Source: Eledone cirrhosa
Lineage: Eukaryota
Direction: 5' to 3'
DNA: 64,000 nt
NCBI GenBank assembly: GCA_964016885.1
Contig: OZ024747.1
Location: 4,092,001-4,156,000, forward strand
Both the position numbers and the translations under genes were made by a program. Below, piece after piece: positions 55,256-64,000 of the stretch. The notes beneath the pieces were generated by a model. That model was not told where the DNA came from, did no database searches, and worked only from the letters and a program-made list of their open reading frames with translations. How positions within the stretch are numbered: position 1 is the first letter of the stretch; every line of letters begins with the position of its first letter.

Positions 55256-56348
55256 CGGTAGGTTGAACTGACCTGCTGCTGTATTGACTTCCTAGTCTCT
55301 AGTGAATAGATTCCTTATTTACACATTTTGGCTTTGTTTTCTTATTGTTTTGTTTTTGTTTTTATATTCATTCATATCTTTTCTTTTATTCTTATCTTTA
55401 TCACGGAGATTTCTATACTAGGACTATTTCTCTCTCTCTCTCTTCCCCAACCCATCCTAAAGCCATTTCCAAACCAACTTAACCCAAACCATTTTTTCTC
55501 TAGATCAATAATGAGATAAATGTAGCACTTACTGGCCATGTCATGGAGAACAGTTGTTTCTCCTCTGAGGAAGGGGATGAGGTGAAGGAGGAGAAACCTT
55601 TTGCTAGTTTTCGGAAGGAGAGTTTAAGAGAAGAAATAATAAAAATAAAAATTTAGCAAATGTTGCTGTTAATAGCAATCCCCCCTATTGTTATCGGAGA
55701 CATTTGAAGACTTTCTATTGTCATGTTTCAGGATATTTGCATTATATTATAAGAGTGAACAGTAAAATTAGATGAAAACTTGAGTACTTGTCTGTCTGAA
55801 GATATTTGACTTTCAGTACTTTCTGGGGTTGGAGTTGGCTGACGAGTTATTTAGCAACATTATCTTCATCATCATTGTCATCACCATCATCATTGTCATC
55901 ACCATCGTCATCTTTGTCTTTGGTAGCGATGGTGGCGGCATTATTATCATTATACCACCACCACCACCATCGACATTCTAATTTCTATTTTTCTCTATGA
56001 CCTACATTGAACCATAGACAAACGTATACATGTGTGTGTCTGTGTGTGCATGTGTGTATGTCATCATCATCATCATTTAACACCCATCTGACCTGCTATC
56101 TTGGATTAGACATGTTGTCACAAACTGGTCAATACGCAAGGAAAGCCTTCCAGGTGGGCTGCAGGTCCAACACCTGATTCTGTGCCCTACAGTGGACATT
56201 TTATCGTGACATTAACACTATGGAAATTATGTCCTTGGCATAGTTGGGAGGGACTTCCTGACCCTTTGTTTAGCAGTTTTTCTACAGTTGATGCTCTTTC
56301 TATCAGCAACCATAAAAGACTGTCCAAAGATGCCACAGCAAACTAACT

Positions 56349-59300
56349 TTGTGAGCCACTGATTGATACAGTCTCCACTATTGCCTTCACTCACTTGTGA
56401 GCCACTGATTGCTATACAGTCTCCACTATTGCCTTCACTCACTTGTGAGCTACTGATTGATACAGTCTCCACTATTGCCTTCACTCACTTGTGAGCCACT
56501 GATTGCTATACAGTCTCCACTATTGCCTTCACTCACTTGTGAGCTACTGATTGATACAGTCTCCACTATTGCCTTCACTCACTTGTGAGCCACTGATTGA
56601 TATACAGTCTCCACTATTGCCTTCACTCACTTGTGAGCTACTGATTGATACAGTCTCCACTATTGCCTTCACTCACTTGTGAGCTACTGATTGATACAGT
56701 CTCCACTATTGCCTTCACTCACTTGTGAGCCACTGATTGCTATACAGTCTCCACTATTGCCTTCACTCACTTGTGAGTTACTGATTGATACAGTCTCCAC
56801 TATTGCCTTCACTCACTTGTGAGCTACTGATTGATACAGTCTCCACTATTGCCTTCACTCACTTGTGAGCTACTGATTGATACAGTCTCCACTATTGCCT
56901 TCACTCACTTGTGAGCTATTGATTGATACAGTCTCCACTATTGCCTTCACTCACTTGTGAGCTACTGATTGATACAGTCTCCACTATTGCCTTCACTCAC
57001 TTGTGAGCCACTGATTGCTATACTGTCTCCACTATTGCCTTCACTCACTTGTGAGTTACTGATTGATACAGTCTCCACTATTGCCTTCACTCACTTGTGA
57101 GCTACTGATTGATACAGTCTCCACTATTGCCTTCACTCACTTGTGAGCTACTGATTGATACAGTCTCCACTATTGCCTTCACTCACTTGTGAGCTACTGA
57201 TTGATACAGTCTCCACTATTGCCTTCACTCACTTGTGAGCCACTGATTGCTATACAGTCTCCACTATTGCCTTCACTCACTTGTGAGTTACTGATTGATA
57301 CAGTCTCCACTATTGCCTTCACTCACTTGTGAGCTACTGATTGATACAGTCTCCACTATTGCCTTCACTCACTTGTGAGCTACTGATTGATACAGTCTCC
57401 ACTATTGCCTTCACTCACTTGTGAGCCACTGATTGATACAGTCTCCACTATTGCCTTCACTCACTTGTGAGCCACTGATTGCTATACAGTCTCCACTATT
57501 GCCTTCACTCACTTGTGAGCCACTGATTGATACAGTCTCCACTATTGCCTTCACTCACTTGTGAGCCACTGATTGCTATACAGTCTCCACTATTGCCTTC
57601 ACTCACTTGTGAGCTACTGATTGATACAGTCTCCACTATTGCCTTCACTCACTTGTGAGCCACTGATTGATACAGTCTCCACTATTGCCTTCACTCACTT
57701 GTGAGCCACTGATTGCTATACAGTCTCCACTATTGCCTTCACTCACTTGTGAGTTACTGATTGATACAGTCTCCACTATTGCCTTCACTCACTTGTGAGC
57801 TACTGATTGATACAGTCTCCACTATTGCCTTCACTCACTTGTGAGCTACTGATTGATACAGTCTCCACTATTGCCTTCACTCACTTGTGAGCCACTGATT
57901 GATACAGTCTCCACTATTGCCTTCACTCACTTGTGAGCCACTGATTGCTATACAGTCTCCACTATTGCCTTCACTCACTTGTGAGCTACTGATTGATACA
58001 GTCTCCACTATTGCCTTCACTCACTTGTGAGCCACTGATTGCTATACAGTCTCCACTATTGCCTTCACTCACTTGTGAGCTACTGATTGATACAGTCTCC
58101 ACTATTGCCTTCACTCACTTGTGAGCCACTGATTGATATACAGTCTCCACTATTGCCTTCACTCACTTGTGAGCTACTGATTGATACAGTCTCCACTATT
58201 GCCTTCACTCACTTGTGAGCTACTGATTGATACAGTCTCCACTATTGCCTTCACTCACTTGTGAGCCACTGATTGCTATACAGTCTCCACTATTGCCTTC
58301 ACTCACTTGTGAGTTACTGATTGATACAGTCTCCACTATTGCCTTCACTCACTTGTGAGCTACTGATTGATACAGTCTCCACTATTGCCTTCACTCACTT
58401 GTGAGCTACTGATTGATACAGTCTCCACTATTGCCTTCACTCACTTGTGAGCTATTGATTGATACAGTCTCCACTATTGCCTTCACTCACTTGTGAGCTA
58501 CTGATTGATACAGTCTCCACTATTGCCTTCACTCACTTGTGAGCCACTGATTGCTATACTGTCTCCACTATTGCCTTCACTCACTTGTGAGTTACTGATT
58601 GATACAGTCTCCACTATTGCCTTCACTCACTTGTGAGCTACTGATTGATACAGTCTCCACTATTGCCTTCACTCACTTGTGAGCTACTGATTGATACAGT
58701 CTCCACTATTGCCTTCACTCACTTGTGAGCTACTGATTGATACAGTCTCCACTATTGCCTTCACTCACTTGTGAGCCACTGATTGCTATACAGTCTCCAC
58801 TATTGCCTTCACTCACTTGTGAGTTACTGATTGATACAGTCTCCACTATTGCCTTCACTCACTTGTGAGCTACTGATTGATACAGTCTCCACTATTGCCT
58901 TCACTCACTTGTGAGCTACTGATTGATACAGTCTCCACTATTGCCTTCACTCACTTGTGAGCCACTGATTGATACAGTCTCCACTATTGCCTTCACTCAC
59001 TTGTGAGCCACTGATTGCTATACAGTCTCCACTATTGCCTTCACTCACTTGTGAGCCACTGATTGATACAGTCTCCACTATTGCCTTCACTCACTTGTGA
59101 GCCACTGATTGCTATACAGTCTCCACTATTGCCTTCACTCACTTGTGAGCTACTGATTGATACAGTCTCCACTATTGCCTTCACTCACTTGTGAGCCACT
59201 GATTGATACAGTCTCCACTATTGCCTTCACTCACTTGTGAGCCACTGATTGCTATACAGTCTCCACTATTGCCTTCACTCACTTGTGAGTTACTGATTGA

Positions 59301-59730
59301 TACAGTCTCCACTATTGCCTTCACTCACTTGTGAGCTACTGATTGATACAGTCTCCACTATTGCCTTCACTCACTTGTGAGCTACTGATTGATACAGTCT
59401 CCACTATTGCCTTCACTCACTTGTGAGCCACTGATTGATACAGTCTCCACTATTGCCTTCACTCACTTGTGAGCCACTGATTGCTATACAGTCTCCACTA
59501 TTGCCTTCACTCACTTGTGAGCCACTGATTGATACAGTCTCCACTATTGCCTTCACTCACTTGTGAGCCACTGATTGCTATACAGTCTCCACTATTGCCT
59601 TCACTCACTTGTGAGCTACTGATTGATACAGTCTCCACTATTGCCTTCACTCACTTGTGAGCTACTGATTGATACAGTCTCCACTATTGCCTTCACTCAC
59701 TTGTGAGCCACTGATTGATACAGTCTCCAC
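56349..59730. repeat. 46/48-bp minisatellite (ttgtgagctactgattgatacagtctccactattgccttcactcac), ~72 copies, with a 1536-bp higher-order period
   Basis: Direct reading; rare variants recur exactly 1536 bp apart. Confidence 0.98.
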
Positions 59731-59873
59731 AGTGCGTTACTGGTACTTTATTTTATCAACCCCATAACAATGAAAGGCAAAGCTAACTTCGGCAGGATTT
59801 GAACTCAGAATGTAAAGGGCTGTAACTCTATGCTGCAAAGCATGTTGTCTGAAGCTCTACCGATATTACCAAT
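59729..59873 (-). mobile_element. Meta/MESC-like SINE abutting the 46-bp array
   Basis: cagtgcgttactggtactttattttatcaacccc...ggatttgaactcag...gctctaccgatattaccaat. Confidence 0.75.
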
Positions 59874-60329
59874 GTGTGTGATAAGAAATGGATAATCAGC
59901 TTGTAGCAATTGATATCAAGACAAAAGATTTTTTTTTTTTAAAATCTATATATTCTACTCAGCTTAAATACCAGTAATCTCTTTGAATTATAAATACCCA
60001 AGACACTTTTAACAATCCTACCTACCCACTCACACACCCTGCCCATCTCATCCATAACCATTCCTTAAAAGAGGGGAAATCTTTCTCTTTCATTCACACA
60101 ACATCCCCCCCCCCCCTGTCTTCACCACTTCCACACAGACATGGGTACTAAATAGAATGTTCTAAAATATAGAATTAGAAACATTATTAGAAAGATTATT
60201 GCGAGACATTATATAGTGAGTCACACTATCCTGTAGAATCTCACCATAATTGTCATCAGTTCTAAAGCACAACACATCTGCTCCAACACTTTACTGAAAG
60301 ATTTGTTAGAATTTGGTTGTAAAATTTCT

Positions 60330-60815
60330 ATTATTATAATAACTGTCATTGTTGTTGTTATTGTTGTTGTTGTTGTTGTTGTAGTTGTTGTTGTTGTTAT
60401 CATTATTATTATCGTCGTCATCAATGTCATTATCATCATTCTCATTGTTGGCAGTAAAATAATCATCATCACCATCATCATCACCATCATCACCATCACC
60501 ATCATCATCATCATCATCAATGTCATCATCATCACCATCATCACCATCACCACCATCACCATCACCATCATCACCATCACCATCATCACCATCATCATCA
60601 TCATCAATGTCATCATCATTACCACCATCACCATCATTGCCATCACCATCATCATCATCAATGCCATCATCATTACCATCACCATCATCATCATCATCAT
60701 TACCACCATCACCATCATTGCCATCACCATCATCATTACCATCACCATCATCATCACCATCATCACCATTATCACCATCACCATTATCACCATCACCATC
60801 ATCACCATCACGGTC
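60330..60815. repeat. (GTT)n then (CAT/CAC)n trinucleotide tract
   Basis: Direct reading. Confidence 0.95.
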
Positions 60816-60894
60816 ATGGTTTGAGAAATACAGCAAGAATTTATCATTAAATATACTTATTAAATATAACATTAACGATGGTAGCTTGACAGTG

Positions 60895-61060
60895 TTGGGA
60901 GAGTGTAGGACATCATCCTTTTGGTATAGAGTTACATCCTGTTATGTTATGAGTTCAAATTCCTACATTGTTAGATTTGCCTTTCATCCTTATAGGGTTG
61001 ATAAAATAAAGTACCAGTAATGCACTGGGGTTGCTTTAACCGACTTTCCCACCCCACAAA
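60895..61060 (+). mobile_element. Meta/MESC-like SINE
   Basis: gagttcaaattcc...ttgcctttcatccttatagggttgataaaataaagtaccagtaatgcactgggg. Confidence 0.75.
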
Positions 61061-61781
61061 ATTGTAAGGGTTGGATGGGTCTAAATAGACCAAGTCAGTA
61101 CTGAAGTGGGGTCACTGACATGCCAGACAGGCTGAGGAGGTCTGTATTCCATTTATGGCCATATCAAGTGCAGAAGAGAAGTTGTCATGTCTTTTGATGC
61201 AAAATGTAAGGTCTTCTTAACTCCTTGTTTGGCAACCTTTCTATAGCTAGATACCCTTCACAGAATGTACAGGGTGCTTTTATTGTGTAGATCAACAACT
61301 AAATAGTCCTCCCAACACTTTGTTTGGCAAGCTTTCTATGAAAGTTAAAAATGTAGGTCCCTTTATTGAAGTACACTTTTGTTCCTTTTAAGCCTTCTTT
61401 TCATCAGGTCATTGGTATTGTCATTTTATTACCTCTGATGAGATACAATATTTGATAGTACTTATGTTCAATATATTTCCCTACTTCACTATATTGTTAT
61501 AGGATAAGTATTAGTTAAATAATTAGTATTGAAACATTTGTAAAGTATTAAACAATCTAAATCTATCATCTTTAGTTGTATATTCTCTGTTATTATGTCA
61601 CCATTTTCTTAAACAACATCTCATGTAATTTTTCTATCTCTTTTGACATAGACATATTCAGCTTAAATATATTATTAATGGCTAATTATAAGTCTTTTTG
61701 GTTAACTCCATATAATATGTATGTGTGTGTGTGCATATATATATATATATGTGTGTGTGTATTTATATATATGTGTGTGTG

Positions 61782-62022
61782 TGACAGCTCACACCTATGC
61801 AGGTTTAGCCGGCCTCCTCCAAGGTATATCTCGTTGGAGGTGTCTTGGGTGATTTAATGATAGGGACCCTAGTCCTATCATCTCATTTCTACAGCTGAGT
61901 AAACTGGAGCAGCGTGAAATAAAATGTCTTGCTCAAGGAAACAACACATCACCCGGTCCGAGAATTGAACTCACAACCTTTCAATTGCAAGCCCAATGCT
62001 CTAACCACTAAGCCATGTTCCT
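61782..62022 (-). mobile_element. CORE-type SINE with a third, non-RTE tail
   Basis: Head, CORE and atgatagggaccctagtcctatcat hairpin shared with 36705 and 51330, but the distal sequence differs. Confidence 0.75.
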
Positions 62023-62839
62023 TAACTGTGTGTGTATGTGTATTTATATATATATGTGTGCATATATGTATGTGTGTGTGTATATTTATATATATATAAG
62101 TATATATGTATGTTGGTTTCAAATGATCAAAGGCCCAAACAATACTTATAAGATTCAAACCTAGTGTTTTATTCGAAATGTTCAATCTAAAGAGAATTTC
62201 ATCAATAAATATAAGATATGTTATATCTTTTCACAGCAGGAAATTTATAATGTTGGTTAATGGTTGAAGTTTGAAAAAGGCATTAGTCTTAGTAGAAGTC
62301 ATTCTAAGCTCTGTTAGAAGTTGAACATGTTACAGATATTAGGGTATATATTTCCTCTCTTAAGTGTGAGATTTCAGATATTGAAAGTTAGAGATCATGT
62401 ATGTTACAGAAAAGTGTTGATTAACAGCAGAACAAGCCTTAGTTGAAGAGAAATCCTTAATAGATTTTTCCTTCCAAGGTTAGTAATTGGCAGTGATGGC
62501 ACAAGTTAGAAAGGATCCACTCGCAAAACGTCCAAACATGTTCAATGAAGGGATGGAGTTTATATATACAGATCATCAGAGAAGACAATATCTATCTATC
62601 TATGTATATATATATATGTGTATGTATATATATATCCAAAATTAAGATAAATCAAAGTGAATGTAATCTAAATCAAAATTATGGGTGTCATGCCAGAAAG
62701 TTCTAATTAACTTTATTTAGTTACCTACCTACCTATGTGTGCTGACACACTTGTAAAAAGTATCCCCTGTCATTGTTTCATATGTTTATTTATATGTTAA
62801 TCAATTTCTAGTTGTTATATATATGTATATATGTGTGTA

Positions 62840-63491
62840 CTATATCATGTATATATATATATATATCATGTACTATATCATGTACTATATCATGTACTAT
62901 ATCTTGTACTATATCATGTACTATATCATGTACTATATCTTGTACTATATCATGTACTATATCATGTACTATATCATGTACTATATCATGTACTATATCA
63001 TGTACTATATCATGTACTATATCTTGTACTATATCATGTATTATATCATGTACTATATCATGTACTATATCATGTACTATATCTTGTACTATATCTTGTA
63101 CTATATATTGAACTATATATTGTACTATATCATGTACTATATCATGTACTATATATAGTACTATATATTGTACTATATATTGTACTATATATTGTACTAT
63201 ATATTGTACTATATATTGTACTATATCATGTACTATATATTGTACTATATCATGTACTATATATTGTACTATATATTGTACTATATATTGTACTATATAT
63301 TGTACTATATATTGTACTATATATTGTACTATATCATGTACTATATCATGTACTATATATTGTACTATATATTGTACTATATCGTGTACTATATCATGTA
63401 CTATATATTGCACTATATCATGTACTATATATTGTACTATATCATGTACTATATATTGTACTATATATTGTACTATATCATGTACTATATC
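62840..63491. repeat. 12-bp tandem repeat (gtactatatcat/gtactatatatt), ~54 copies
   Basis: Direct reading. Confidence 0.97.
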
Positions 63492-64000
63492 AACCTATTA
63501 CTTTCATTTTCATTTTCTCATCTCCCTCTCCTCTCTCTCCTCCACTTCCCCCCACTATCTCCCCCACTTCCTCCCCCACTTCTCCCCCACTTCCCCCCCT
63601 CTCTCCCCCACTTCCCCCACTATCTCCCCCACTCTCCCCCCACTCCCCCCCCACTCTCTCTCCCATTGCTCTCTCTCCCTCTCCCTCTCTCAATCCATTA
63701 TGGAGTGGACATATACAAGTGGACACTGTAATGTCTGCCAGTATTTCCTCCTGTTAGTGAATGTGTTGCCCTATTGAACTAGTTCCGTTTCAATAGATTC
63801 TGAGCCCCTCACCCCCCTTACCAGGGGACAGGGTTGATAGTTGTTTCACGTCAGCCGTTTCTATAATCACAGATTTACACATCTTAGCCATGCTTTTTAT
63901 TTGCTTCTAATCATTTAATATAGATTCCTTTCAAAGAAATAAAGGAGAGAAGCACAACTCACCTCACTCTATCTTCTTCTCACTCTCTCTTCCTCTCACT

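Noticed and set aside
29499-59730. CRISPR-like appearance of the 38- and 46-bp arrays
   Set aside because: Head-to-tail monomers with no unique spacers, no cas genes, and a eukaryotic context.

Overview
AT-rich, repeat-dense eukaryotic DNA, almost entirely intronic or intergenic. The SINE, RTE-LINE and microsatellite content looks like a cephalopod (Octopus-type) genome; this is an inference from repeat style, not a database result. There is no complete protein-coding gene. One plausible internal coding exon lies at 4437-4544 (+). The remainder consists of: decayed RTE-clade LINEs (best copy 46577-48380, with RT YADD and a PHD-like finger); two tRNA-headed SINE families (Meta/MESC-like and CORE-like, the latter with exchangeable 3' tails); a non-autonomous Helitron carrying a nested MITE; piggyBac- and Tc1/mariner-type MITEs; three multi-kb minisatellite arrays (17, 38 and 46 bp units); and long microsatellite tracts. 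Nearly all long ORFs in the track are repeat artefacts. The most notable pattern is a recurring set of fold-back (palindromic) elements in or beside (TA)n tracts at 3678, 17812, 22972, 45015 and 50803. Each has one arm extended by a short unpaired tail and carries whole or partial hammerhead-ribozyme core motifs. Further unfolded hammerhead-like remnants lie at 35460-36470 and 43140-43600. This fits Penelope-like retroelement pseudo-LTRs, and in some copies the fold-back point maps onto the ribozyme itself.
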